The notes below the pieces were generated by a model, which searched no databases, was not told the origin of the DNA, and saw nothing but the letters and a program-made list of their open reading frames with translations. Positions 1 through 12,076 of a DNA stretch of 64,000 nt are shown here, in pieces. A program made the position numbers and the translations under genes. Each line of letters opens with the position of its first letter. The first letter of the stretch is position 1. The stretch is from Candidatus Eiseniibacteriota bacterium (GTDB taxonomy: Bacteria; Eisenbacteria; RBG-16-71-46): positions 1 through 64,000 of the forward strand of contig JBGAML010000021.1 in the NCBI GenBank assembly GCA_044223005.1. Direction: 5' to 3'.

Positions 1-669
1 GCGCCCGCGCCGCGCTCGCAGGCGCTGCCGGCCGCGGAGCGGCTCGCGCCGCCCGCCGGTGCGCCCGCGCCCGCGCCCGCGCATGGCCCCGGCCACGTCG
101 TGCCGCGCCTGCCCGAGCCGCCCGCCGGCTCGCCGCGCGGGCCGGTGGTGTGGCGCGCCGAGGGCGACGCGCCACTCGATCGCGTGCTGCCGTATGGCCC
201 GCGCGCGCAGGTGCGGCGCGGCGATCCGGCGTCGCTCGCCGCGGCCGCGTTCCGCGACGGCGACCTCGCCACGGGGACCGGGCAGACGCGCTGGGGCGTG
301 GCGATCGCCACCGGGCACTGGGGCGGCGGCGCGCATTCGGACGCCGCGGCCCGCGCGCTCGCCGCGCGCGGCGTGCGCGTGGTGATCGCGCGTTCGTTCG
401 TGGCGGCCGACGCGCGCGCGCTCGCGGTGCACGGCATCCTGCCGTTGACGTGGCGTCGCACGCGCGACGCCGAAGGCCTCGCGCCCGGCGACGAGGTGGA
501 ACTGCCCGGCATCGCCGACGCGCTCGCGCGCGGCGGCCGGACCACGCTGCGCGTGCTCACGCGCGGCACGTCGTTCGACGCCACGCCGGCGGTCGACGCG
601 GAATGGCTCGCCGTGGTGCGCGCGGGCGGATGGCTCGCGACGTGCGCGCACGCGGGAGCGGAGGCCTGA
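1..669 (+). CDS. C-terminal part (linker + swivel domain) of a degenerate aconitase-like protein; 5' end outside the window
   Basis: Frame open from base 1; GVRVVIARSF...HGILPL...GDEVEL...AGG matches the aconitase swivel layout, but TTDHI and YGxGSSRE are replaced. Confidence 0.7.
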   Translation, partial: APAPRSQALPAAERLAPPAGAPAPAPAHGPGHVVPRLPEPPAGSPRGPVVWRAEGDAPLDRVLPYGPRAQVRRGDPASLAAAAFRDGDLATGTGQTRWGVAIATGHWGGGAHSDAAARALAARGVRVVIARSFVAADARALAVHGILPLTWRRTRDAEGLAPGDEVELPGIADALARGGRTTLRVLTRGTSFDATPAVDAEWLAVVRAGGWLATCAHAGAEA

Positions 670-670
670 C

Positions 671-1687
671 ATGTTCGTCGACTACGCACGCATCCATGTG
701 ATCGCCGGCCACGGCGGCCCCGGGTGCATCAGCTTCCGGCGCGAGAAGTACGTGCCCAAGGGCGGCCCGGACGGCGGCGACGGCGGCAAGGGCGGCAGCG
801 TCGTGCTCGAGGTGGACCCGCACGTGCGCACGCTGCTCGACTGCCGCGAGCAGCCGCGCTACAAGGCCACCTCCGGCAAGGCCGGCCAGGGCGCGAACCG
901 GACCGGCAAGGACGGCGACGACCTCGTCATCCGCGTACCCATCGGCACGGTGATCAAGGACGCCGAGACGGGCGAAACGCTGGCCGATCTCACGACGCCC
1001 GGCGGCACGTTCCTCGCAGCCAAAGGCGGCCGGGGCGGGCGCGGCAACACGCGCTTCGCGACCTCCACGAACCAGGCCCCGCGCCGGGCAGACTCCGGCG
1101 AGCAGGGAGGGGAACGCCAGCTCGTGCTGGAGCTCAAGCTCATCGCCGACGTGGGGCTCGTCGGGCTGCCGAACGCCGGCAAGTCGACCATGCTCTCGCG
1201 CGTCAGCCGGGCCCGGCCCAAGATCGCCGACTACCCGTTCACGACGCTCGAGCCCAACCTCGGGCTCGTGGCGCTCGACGAGTCCCGGACGTTCGTGGTC
1301 GCCGACCTGCCCGGCCTGATCGAGGGGGCCAGCCAGGGCAAGGGGCTCGGGCACCAGTTCCTCCGCCACGTCGAGCGGACGCGGGTGCTGGCGTTCCTCC
1401 TGGACGCCGCCGGCGACGATCCGCGCGCGACGCTGGAGATGCTGGAACGCGAGATCACCACCTACGGGCCGACGCTGGCCGAGAAACCGCGCGTGCTCGT
1501 TCTGACCAAGTCGGATACCCTGCCCCCAGAACAACACGACGGGTGGGCCGAACAGGTGGGCCTGCCGGGCGCGCATCTGGTGAGCGCCCACACGGGCCAT
1601 GGCATGAAGGAACTGCTCGAGGATCTCTGGGCGCGCATCGTGGCGGCGACCGGGGACGAGGCGGTGGAGGACGACGATGTCGGATGA
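671..1687 (+). CDS. obgE: GTPase ObgE/CgtA
   Basis: MFVD start, FRREKYVPKGGPDGGDGG, GLPNAGKST, YPFTT, DLPG motifs. Confidence 0.97.
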   Translation: MFVDYARIHVIAGHGGPGCISFRREKYVPKGGPDGGDGGKGGSVVLEVDPHVRTLLDCREQPRYKATSGKAGQGANRTGKDGDDLVIRVPIGTVIKDAETGETLADLTTPGGTFLAAKGGRGGRGNTRFATSTNQAPRRADSGEQGGERQLVLELKLIADVGLVGLPNAGKSTMLSRVSRARPKIADYPFTTLEPNLGLVALDESRTFVVADLPGLIEGASQGKGLGHQFLRHVERTRVLAFLLDAAGDDPRATLEMLEREITTYGPTLAEKPRVLVLTKSDTLPPEQHDGWAEQVGLPGAHLVSAHTGHGMKELLEDLWARIVAATGDEAVEDDDVG

Positions 1688-2330
1688 CAAGCACGCGGCG
1701 GGACGGACGATCGACGCGATGAACGCGCGCGGCCTGGCGGGCAAGCGCGACTACGTGCGCTCGCTCGAACAGCGCCGCGACGAAGAAGCCATGTCGCTGC
1801 TCGTGGAGTGTCTCTGCGACGAGTCGTGGTACCTGCGCGACCTGGCCGAGAACGCGCTGCTGCGGCTGGGCGATCGCGGCGGCTCGGCCCTGTTGCCGAT
1901 CCTGGAGCAGGGCCTGTGGTTCACGCGTTCGAGCGCCGCGCGCGTGCTCGGCCGGCTGGGCTACCCGCCCGCCGCGGCCGGGCTGCTGCGGCTCTGCCTC
2001 GACGCGAACGCGACGGTCGCGCAGTCCGCGCGCACCGCGCTCGCCGACCTCGGGCACCGCGGCGGCTCCGTGCGCATCGCGTGGGAGCTGCACCGCTACG
2101 ACGAGGACGCGCGCCGCAACCTGCTCGGCCAGATCGGCGCGTTCGACCGCCCGCTGCTCGAGCGGCTGGAGCGCATGCTGCGCAACGACGAGCTCATGAC
2201 GCGCGACGAGGCCGATGGCCTGCGCGACGACAGCCCCATCGTGCGCGCGGCCGAGGAAGGCGTGGAGTGGGAAGTGCTGACCGGCCCGCCGCGCCGCCGT
2301 CCGGCGACGGACGGGATCACGGAGGCCTGA
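1677..2330 (+). CDS. HEAT-repeat protein
   Basis: Repeated LxDxxWxxRxxAxxxLxxLG-type helices; GGAGG upstream; overlaps obgE end. Confidence 0.75.
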   Translation: MSDDKHAAGRTIDAMNARGLAGKRDYVRSLEQRRDEEAMSLLVECLCDESWYLRDLAENALLRLGDRGGSALLPILEQGLWFTRSSAARVLGRLGYPPAAAGLLRLCLDANATVAQSARTALADLGHRGGSVRIAWELHRYDEDARRNLLGQIGAFDRPLLERLERMLRNDELMTRDEADGLRDDSPIVRAAEEGVEWEVLTGPPRRRPATDGITEA

Positions 2331-3232
2331 GGCCCACGCTCGCGTCCGCCGGGGTCGCCGAACACCCGCGCACCGCGCGGGTCACGCTCCGCTCCGCCGC
2401 CCCGGGCGAGCCCGGCTGGCCCGCGGCACTCGGCGACCTGCCCGATCCGCCCGCACGGATCTGGTGGCGCGGGAGCGACGTGCCGGCCGCCGGCCGCTGC
2501 GTCGCGATCGTCGGCTCGCGCGCCGCGAGCCCGTACGGCACCGCGATGGCCGACCGGCTCGCGCGTGATCTCGCGGCGCTCGGCGTCACCGTGGTGAGCG
2601 GGCTCGCGCGCGGCATCGACGCCGCCGCGCACCGCGGCGCGCTCGCCGCGGGCGGGCGCACGATCGCCGTGGTGCCCTCGGGGCTCGACACCGTGACGCC
2701 CCCCGCGCACGACCCGCTCGCCGAGGAGGTGTCGAAGGCGGGCACGCTGCTTTCGGAGCAGGCCGCGGGGCCGCCGTTCGGGCGTGGCGCGTTCGTGCGG
2801 CGCAATCGCATCATCGCCGCGCTCGCCGCGGTGACGGTGGTGGTCGAGGCGGCCGAGCGCAGCGGCGCGCTCTCGACCGCCGAGCGCGCCGCCGCGCTGG
2901 GGCGCGGCGTCTGCGCGGTACCCGGCGATCTCGACCGGCCCACGGCGCTCGGCGTGATGGGCCTGCTGCGCGCGGGCGCGCGGCCGTGCGCGGTCGCGGC
3001 CGACGTGCTCGCCGCGATCCCCGCGCGGCTCGCCATCGCCGCCGGCGGCGAGGACCCGGCCGCGCGGCTGCGCGCGGCGCTCGATGCGACGCCCCGCACG
3101 GTGGACGAACTCGCCGCGCGCGCGGCGCTCGCGGTGCCCGAGGTGCTCGCGCTGCTCGTGCGCCTGCGCTGGTCCGGGCTCGCCGAGGACGCGGGCGGGC
3201 AGCGCTGGCGCGCACCGGGAGCCCGCGCGTGA
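2327..3232 (+). CDS. dprA: DNA-protecting protein DprA (no N-terminal SAM domain; start uncertain, possibly CTG 2327)
   Basis: LxDLPDPP, VAIVGSR, VSGLARGID, RRNRIIAAL, EAAERSGAL motifs; C-terminal wHTH. Confidence 0.88.
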   Translation: MRPTLASAGVAEHPRTARVTLRSAAPGEPGWPAALGDLPDPPARIWWRGSDVPAAGRCVAIVGSRAASPYGTAMADRLARDLAALGVTVVSGLARGIDAAAHRGALAAGGRTIAVVPSGLDTVTPPAHDPLAEEVSKAGTLLSEQAAGPPFGRGAFVRRNRIIAALAAVTVVVEAAERSGALSTAERAAALGRGVCAVPGDLDRPTALGVMGLLRAGARPCAVAADVLAAIPARLAIAAGGEDPAARLRAALDATPRTVDELAARAALAVPEVLALLVRLRWSGLAEDAGGQRWRAPGARA

Positions 3233-4116
3233 GCGTCGCGCACGCGCTCGAGGCCGCGCTCGCCGACGCCGCGTTCGCCGGGCTGGGCTCGCTGCCGTGG
3301 CGCACGGCGGTCGGCGCCGGCGCGGGACTGGGCGCCGTCGTGCGCGCGCTGGGCGTGCGCCGCCGCGTGGCGCGCGAGAACCTCGCGATCGCGTTCCCGG
3401 ATCGCACCGCCGCCGAACGCGAGTCGCTGCTCGTCGCGCACTACCGCGAGCTCGGGCGCATCGCCGCCGAGTACGGGCGGCTGCCCGAGCTGGCGCGCGC
3501 GCCGATCGGACCGTACGTGTCGCGCATCGAGGGCGAGGAGGTGCTGCACGCGCACGCGGGCCGCGGCGCGATCCTCATGACCGGGCACTACGGCAACTTC
3601 GAGATGCTCGGCGCGCACCTCGCGCGCTTCAACCCGGTGGACTTCCTGGTCAAGCCACAGTCGAACGCCGCGGTGGACGCGCGCATCACGAAGCTCCGTC
3701 ACGACGCGGGCGTCGGCACGCTGAGCACGAGCGGGGGCGTGAAGAGCGCCGTGCGCGCGCTGCGTGCGGGCCGCTGGCTCGCGCTGGTCGCCGACCAGGA
3801 CGCGCGCCGGCACGGCATCTTCGTCGACTTCTTCGGCCGGCCCGCGAGCACGCCCGAGGGGCCGGCGCGGCTCGCGCTGCTCGCCGGCGTGCCGATCCTG
3901 TTCGGCGTCGTGCGCCGCGAGGCGGACGGCCGCCACATGCTGGCGATGCACCCGGCACGCGCGACGGAGGGCCGCGCCGACGACGAGGTGGCCGTGCGCG
4001 CGCTCACCGAATGGCACGTGCGGGTGCTCGAGGACGCGATCCGCGTCGCACCCGAGCACTGGTTCTGGCTGCACAAGCGCTGGAAGACGCGCCCGCCCGG
4101 GACCGGCGGGCCGTGA
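3229..4116 (+). CDS. Lipid A biosynthesis acyltransferase (LpxL/HtrB family)
   Basis: GHYGNFE (HxxxxE), LVADQ, FFG, PEHWFWLHKRWK; GTGA overlap with dprA. Confidence 0.9.
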   Translation: MSVAHALEAALADAAFAGLGSLPWRTAVGAGAGLGAVVRALGVRRRVARENLAIAFPDRTAAERESLLVAHYRELGRIAAEYGRLPELARAPIGPYVSRIEGEEVLHAHAGRGAILMTGHYGNFEMLGAHLARFNPVDFLVKPQSNAAVDARITKLRHDAGVGTLSTSGGVKSAVRALRAGRWLALVADQDARRHGIFVDFFGRPASTPEGPARLALLAGVPILFGVVRREADGRHMLAMHPARATEGRADDEVAVRALTEWHVRVLEDAIRVAPEHWFWLHKRWKTRPPGTGGP

Positions 4117-4130
4117 CCCCGGGAGACGAC

Positions 4131-4568
4131 ATGCACCGCTTCGAGCTGCGGGTGCGCTACGGCGACACCGACCAGATGGGCTGGGTCTACTATGGAAACT
4201 ACCTGCGCTGGTTCGAGATCGGCCGCGCCGAGATGATGCGTGCGCTGGGGCGCAGCTACCGCTCGGTCGAGGAGACCGACGGCATCCTGCTGCCCGTGCT
4301 CGAGGCGCGCTGCCGCTACTTCCACGGCGCGCGCTACGACGAACTCGTCGCGATCGAGACCGGCGTGCTCACGCAGTCGCGCGCGACGATCCGTTTCGGC
4401 TACCGGATCGTGGGTGAGGACGGCACGCGCTGCGCGATCGGCCACACCGAGCACTGCTGCACGAACCGCGACGCGAAGCTCGTGCGCCCGCCCGCGGACC
4501 TGGTCGCGCTGCTCGAGCGCGCGCCGCGCGTGCCCGAGGATCTCGCCGCGGAGCTGCGGGGCGCGTGA
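4131..4568 (+). CDS. Acyl-CoA thioesterase (YbgC/FadM hotdog family)
   Basis: RVRYGDTDQMGWVYYGNYLRWFEIGR motif; GGAG SD at 4122. Confidence 0.9.
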   Translation: MHRFELRVRYGDTDQMGWVYYGNYLRWFEIGRAEMMRALGRSYRSVEETDGILLPVLEARCRYFHGARYDELVAIETGVLTQSRATIRFGYRIVGEDGTRCAIGHTEHCCTNRDAKLVRPPADLVALLERAPRVPEDLAAELRGA

Positions 4569-4605
4569 ACGCCACGTGGCCCGGCGCACCCGGGCCGCGC
4601 ACGGT

Positions 4606-4905
4606 TCAGCTGGTGAAGCCCATCTCCTTGCCGCGGTCCTTCTCGCCCGGGAACTTGATCGGGCCGAAGTTCGACTCGTAGTTCTTGAGGTTCTGCTCGA
4701 GCGCGCCCAGCAGGCCCTTCGCGTGCTGCGGCGTCATGATGACGCGGGCGAACACGCGCGCCTTGGGCAGCCCGGGCAGCGAGCGCGCGAAGTCGAGGAT
4801 CACCTCGGCGGGCGAGTGCGCGATGAAGACGAGGTTGGCGTAGATGCCCTCGGCTTCCTTCTCGCCGAGGCCGATTTCGATCTGCTGCGGGGACGGAGCG
4901 TCCAC
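4606..4905 (-). CDS. DUF3467-like small protein
   Basis: EGIYANLVFIAHSPAEVILDF...RVIMTPQHAK...NYESNFGPI pattern; GTG start with GGAG SD. Confidence 0.85.
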   Translation of the reverse strand: MDAPSPQQIEIGLGEKEAEGIYANLVFIAHSPAEVILDFARSLPGLPKARVFARVIMTPQHAKGLLGALEQNLKNYESNFGPIKFPGEKDRGKEMGFTS

Positions 4906-5079
4906 GGGGTTCTCCGGAGGGTTCGGGCGCGGCACGTTTGCCGCGCCCCAGCGCACGGTAGGGAGCCGCGCGGGCAGCGGTCAAGCGCGCCTCCCGGGCT
5001 GCCGATAACCCGGGAGACGCGGCGGCGCGAGGGCGGCAGGGGCTGTCCCGGCGCGACGCCGGAGGAGACCGATTCCCCC

Positions 5080-6942
5080 ATGGAGTCCGTGCCGACGCCC
5101 GCTGCGGGTGCCCGTGCCGAGGCGCCGACGGCGCCGCTGTCGCTGTTCGAGGGCGAGCTGGAGCTCGACGCGCTCGAGCGCATGCTGCTCGCGTTCGCCG
5201 TGCACCCGCACGGCGCCGGTGCCACACGCGCGTGGCTGCTCGCCTGGGACGCACGCACGGGCCTCATGGAAGGGGCGCGCGAGACCGAGGCCGCCGCGGT
5301 GCCGGACACGCTCGAGCGCGAGCTCGTGCGGGCGCGCCAGGCGCCGCCGCCGGCGCGGGAACCCGACGTGCGCGCGTGGGCCGAATCGCCCGAGGACCTG
5401 GAAGGCGTGCTCGCCGAAGCCTGGCGCGGATCGACGCTCGCGTTCGCCGAATCGCCGCTGCGCTCCGGCCCGTGGGCCGGCGCCGCCCCGGTCGCCGCGA
5501 TCGCGTTGCGCCGCGGCGCGCAGGGCCACGGCCTGCTGGTGGCGACGTGGGGCGCGGAGGGCGCGACGGCGGCGCCGGCGCGCTTCGAGACGCTGCGCGG
5601 TCTCGCCAACGCCGCGCTCGGGGCGCAAGCGCGGTCGGCCGAGGCGCGCCAGCGCGCGAAGCAGGCGCAGGCGCTGGCCGAGAGCGCGCGCACGCAGGTG
5701 TCCGCGGTCAACGTCGCGGAGGCGCTGCACCGCCTCGCGCGCGCCGCGGTGCAGGGCACGCGCTCGCGCGGCGCCGCCGTGTGGCGCATCGCACCCGACG
5801 CCGCGCCGCAGTGCGAGATCGCCTATGGCCCGCCGGCGCAGCGCGAGCCCGTCGCGCGCGCCTTCGCGCCGCTCGTCGCCGAGGTGATCGCGTCCGGCGC
5901 GCCGCGCACCGGCGTGCGCGGCGAAGAGGCGCCGGCGATGCCCGCGGACGTGGCGGGTGAGGTGAGCGTGTGGGCGGCGCTGCCGCTCGCGGCCTACGGC
6001 CGCGTGCACGGCGCGGTCGTGGTGTGGGACGGCGCCGACCGGCCCGCGCATGCGCCCGCGGTGGACGACGCCGAAATGGAGTTCCTGGGCGCGCTCGCCG
6101 ACCAGGCGGGGCTGCTGCTCGAGCACGCCCGCGTCGGCACGGCGCTGCGCGAGGCCGAGCGCGCGCGCACGGACCTGGTGCAGCACGCGCAGGGGCTCGA
6201 GCGCATGGCCGCGGTGGGCGATCTCGCGGCGCGCGTCGCGCGCGAGTCGCGCAACCCGATCGCCTCGATCGCCGCGTTCGCGCGCCGCGCGCAGCGCGAG
6301 CTCGCCGAGGGCGATCCGCAGTCGGAGTACCTCGAGATCGTCGTGCGCGAGGCCGAGCGGCTCGACGCCATGCTGCGCGAGCAGCTGCAGTACGCCCAGC
6401 TCGGCGTCGGCCGGCTGCGCATGCAGAGCCTGAACGCCGTGGTGCAGGACGCGCTCCGCGCCGCGAGCGAGTCGCTCGTGCGCCGGCGCGTGCGGCTGCT
6501 GCGCAAGCTCGGCGCCGACCTGCCGCAGCTGCTGCTCGACGAGCAGCGCCTCAAGCGCGTGATCGAGAACATCCTCGCCTACGCGCTCGAGGCGGTGCCC
6601 GTGGGTGGCCGGATCCAGGTCACTTCGCGCAAGGCCGCCGGCCACGTCGCGGTCGAGATCGCGCACGACGGCTCGCGTTCGGCGGGCGACCTGCTGGAGC
6701 ACCTGTTCGTGCCGTTCTCGACCGGCGCGCAGGGCGGAGCGGCCGTGGGGCTCGGCGTGGCGCAGCAGATCGTGCGCGAACACGGCGGCGAGATCCGCGT
6801 CCGCAGCGAGGGCGAATGGGGTGCGGTGTTCGTGTTCACGCTGCCGATCGCGGGCAACGAGGACCGGCGCAGGGCCTCGGATCGGCGCGCCGTTCGCGGC
6901 GATCGGCGACGTCGCGGAGAAGGCGGGGCGGGGGCGGTTTGA
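5080..6942 (+). CDS. GAF-domain histidine-kinase-like protein, probable pseudokinase
   Basis: GAF-like regions, DHp helix ARESRNPI (His replaced by Arg), HATPase-like C-terminus with degenerate N/G1/G2 boxes; GGAGGAG SD. Confidence 0.8.
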   Translation: MESVPTPAAGARAEAPTAPLSLFEGELELDALERMLLAFAVHPHGAGATRAWLLAWDARTGLMEGARETEAAAVPDTLERELVRARQAPPPAREPDVRAWAESPEDLEGVLAEAWRGSTLAFAESPLRSGPWAGAAPVAAIALRRGAQGHGLLVATWGAEGATAAPARFETLRGLANAALGAQARSAEARQRAKQAQALAESARTQVSAVNVAEALHRLARAAVQGTRSRGAAVWRIAPDAAPQCEIAYGPPAQREPVARAFAPLVAEVIASGAPRTGVRGEEAPAMPADVAGEVSVWAALPLAAYGRVHGAVVVWDGADRPAHAPAVDDAEMEFLGALADQAGLLLEHARVGTALREAERARTDLVQHAQGLERMAAVGDLAARVARESRNPIASIAAFARRAQRELAEGDPQSEYLEIVVREAERLDAMLREQLQYAQLGVGRLRMQSLNAVVQDALRAASESLVRRRVRLLRKLGADLPQLLLDEQRLKRVIENILAYALEAVPVGGRIQVTSRKAAGHVAVEIAHDGSRSAGDLLEHLFVPFSTGAQGGAAVGLGVAQQIVREHGGEIRVRSEGEWGAVFVFTLPIAGNEDRRRASDRRAVRGDRRRRGEGGAGAV

Positions 6943-6968
6943 CGGCGGTTCGGGGGCAATGCTAGAAA
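6939..6968 (+). promoter_or_regulatory. sigma70-type promoter for tRNA-Phe/tRNA-Thr
   Basis: TTGACG-N18-TAGAAA with extended -10 TG. Confidence 0.55.
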
Positions 6969-7010
6969 TGTTCGCCCTCGGGGTGCTTCATCGGCCCCGG
7001 AACGACGTTC

Positions 7011-7086
7011 GCCACCCTAGCTCAGTTGGTAGAGCACGTGACTGAAAATCACGGTGTCCCCAGTTCGATTCTGGGGGGTGGCACCA
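7011..7086 (+). tRNA. tRNA-Phe(GAA)
   Basis: Full cloverleaf, anticodon arm CGTGA-CTGAAAA-TCACG, TTCGATT T-loop, encoded CCA. Confidence 0.97.
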
Positions 7087-7124
7087 TCGACACACGGCGT
7101 CCACCGGGCGCTACGTGACGAGGA

Positions 7125-7200
7125 GCTGGTGTAGCTCAGCTGGTAGAGCACGTCACTCGTAATGACGGGGTCACCGGTTCGATTCCGGTCACCAGCTCCA
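7125..7200 (+). tRNA. tRNA-Thr(CGT)
   Basis: Full cloverleaf, anticodon arm CGTCA-CTCGTAA-TGACG, encoded CCA. Confidence 0.97.
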
Positions 7201-7252
7201 TTTTCCACATCCTCGCGGCGGTGAGCGGCCAGCGCCGTGCGAGATCGTTCAG

Positions 7253-7295
7253 GGCCGATGCCGGGCGCTCCGCGCGCCGTGCATCGGCCTTCTGT
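7253..7295 (+). terminator. Hairpin after the tRNA pair (possible intrinsic terminator)
   Basis: GGCCGATGC (7253-7261) pairs with GCATCGGCC (7281-7289) with inner pairing; weak T-tail TTCT. Confidence 0.45.
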
Positions 7296-7337
7296 CGTTG
7301 GAGCGGGAGAATCACGCCCGCGGGAGGTCGCGCGTCC

Positions 7338-8684
7338 ATGTCCACCGGTCTCATGATCAGCGTCGCGGGTGTCCGCGGGATCGTCGGCGAATCGCTCACC
7401 CCGCCCGTGCTCACGCGCTTCTCGGCGGCGTTCGCGCGCTCGCTGGGCGAGGGCCCCGTCGTGGTCGGGCGCGATGCGCGCACGAGCGGGCCCATGGTGC
7501 TCGCGGCGGTCTCCGCCGGCCTCGTGGCCGCGGGCCGCGAGGTGGTCGACATCGGGCCGGCGACGACGCCGACCACGCAGATGGCGGTCGAGCACCTGAA
7601 GGCCGCGGGCGGCGTGATCCTGACCGCGAGCCACAATCCGGCGCCGTGGAACGCGCTCAAGTTCCTCTCGTCGCTCGGCGAGTTCCTCGGGCCCGCCGAG
7701 GGCGCCGCGGTGAAGGAACGCTTCGAGGCCGATCGCGACCTGTGGGTGCCGTGGGACCAGCTGGGGCACGTGCGCTCCGAGAGTGGTGCGCTCGCGTGGC
7801 ACCTCGAGCGCGTGCTCGGGCTCGAGCACCTGGATCTCGCGGCGATCCGCGCGCGCAAGCTCAAGGTGGTCGTCGACGGCTGCGCGAGCGTCGGCGGCAT
7901 CGCCGTGCCGGCGCTGCTCGAACGGCTCGGCGCCACCACGGTGGCGCTCGACTGCGAACCGAACGGGAAGTTCACGCGCGTCCTCGAGCCGCTGCCCGAG
8001 CACCTGGGCGCGCTCGGCCGCGCCGTCGTCGAGGCCGGCGCCGACTTCGGCGTCGCGGTCGACCCGGACGCCGACCGGGCCGCGTTCGTGGACGCCGCCG
8101 GGAAGCCCCTGGGCGAGGAGTTCACGGTCGCCCTGGGCACCCGGGTGGTCCTCCAGCGGCGCAAGGGCCCCGTGGTGACAAACCTGTCCACCTCCCGTAT
8201 GCTCGATTTCGTGTGCGAGCAGGCCGGAGTGCCGCTCTTCCGGACCCCGGTCGGGGAGGCGCATGTCGTTGCGGGACTTCGCTCTCGCGGCGCGATTGCC
8301 GGCGGGGAGGGAAACGGTGGCATGATCCTGCCGGCCGCTCACTACGGGCGCGACGGCCTGGTGGCCGTGGCGCTCGTGGCGCAGATGCTCTCGGCGGGAG
8401 GCACGCTCCGCGAACACGCCTCGACGCTGCCGCAATACGCGATGATCAAGGACAAGCTCGCGCGACCCGATCAACCGTGGGAGCGTTCCGCGGACCGGCT
8501 GCGCGAGGCCTTTTCGGGTTGGACGCTCGACACCGCCGACGGACTGCGGTTCGCGCGCGGTGACGAATGGGTTCACGTCCGTGCCTCCGGCACCGAGCCG
8601 GTGGTGCGGGTGATCGCCGAGGCCCCCGGGGCCGCGGGCGCGAAGGCGCTCGTGGAGACCTCCCGGCGGGCGCTGTCGGCCTGA
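7338..8684 (+). CDS. glmM: Phosphoglucosamine mutase / phosphohexomutase
   Basis: TASHNP, DPDADR, GGEGNGG, RASGTEP motifs; adjacent to glmS. Confidence 0.85.
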   Translation: MSTGLMISVAGVRGIVGESLTPPVLTRFSAAFARSLGEGPVVVGRDARTSGPMVLAAVSAGLVAAGREVVDIGPATTPTTQMAVEHLKAAGGVILTASHNPAPWNALKFLSSLGEFLGPAEGAAVKERFEADRDLWVPWDQLGHVRSESGALAWHLERVLGLEHLDLAAIRARKLKVVVDGCASVGGIAVPALLERLGATTVALDCEPNGKFTRVLEPLPEHLGALGRAVVEAGADFGVAVDPDADRAAFVDAAGKPLGEEFTVALGTRVVLQRRKGPVVTNLSTSRMLDFVCEQAGVPLFRTPVGEAHVVAGLRSRGAIAGGEGNGGMILPAAHYGRDGLVAVALVAQMLSAGGTLREHASTLPQYAMIKDKLARPDQPWERSADRLREAFSGWTLDTADGLRFARGDEWVHVRASGTEPVVRVIAEAPGAAGAKALVETSRRALSA

Positions 8685-8703
8685 CGCTCGGAGGTTTGGC
8701 GGC

Positions 8704-10536
<1,833 letters not shown>

Positions 10537-10560
10537 CGGCGGGACGCGAGGGGGAAGCAC

Positions 10561-10962
10561 GTGAAGAGTCCGTTGACGGTGGCCGACGCGCCCAAGGCGA
10601 TCGGCCCCTACGCGCAGGCGCAGGTCGTGCGGCTGCATGGTGGCGACACGATGGTCTTCACGTCGGGCCAGATCCCGCTCGACCCGGCGACGGGCGAGCT
10701 CGTGACCGGCGACGTGAAGCAGCAGGTCGAGCGCGTGTTCCGCAACCTCGCTGCCGTGCTGGCGGGTGCGGGGCTGGGATTCGGGGACGTCGTGAAGACG
10801 ACCGTGTACCTGGCGGACATGCAGGACTTCGCCGCGATGAACGAGGTCTACGCCCGCCACCTCGGCGAGTCGCTCCCGGCGCGCACCACGATCGCCGCTG
10901 CCGGCCTGCCGAAGGGCGCGCGCGTCGAGATCGACATGGTCGCGGTGGGACGGGGTCTCTAG
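10561..10962 (+). CDS. ridA: RidA/YjgF enamine-imine deaminase
   Basis: APKAIGPYAQA, SGQIPLDP, VVKTTVYL, PART, LPKGARVEID. Confidence 0.92.
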   Translation: MKSPLTVADAPKAIGPYAQAQVVRLHGGDTMVFTSGQIPLDPATGELVTGDVKQQVERVFRNLAAVLAGAGLGFGDVVKTTVYLADMQDFAAMNEVYARHLGESLPARTTIAAAGLPKGARVEIDMVAVGRGL

Positions 10963-10993
10963 GGGTGAGGCGATCGTCCGCGGAGGCGCCGGC

Positions 10994-12061
<1,068 letters not shown>

Positions 12062-12076
12062 CGGAAGGACGCATGC

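Noticed and set aside
61..82. GCGCCC tandem repeat
   Set aside because: It encodes a short Ala-Pro linker in frame; too short to suggest phase variation
2328..2385. TGA of the HEAT gene followed by a hairpin as a Sec readthrough site
   Set aside because: The readthrough frame is non-protein-like, the context is not a redox motif, and DprA is in a different frame
7201..7337. AGCGCC at 7231 upstream of glmM-glmS as a glmS ribozyme
   Set aside because: The downstream core (GACGAGG, ATCGAA..TCGGCGG) is absent and glmS itself has only a 19-nt spacer
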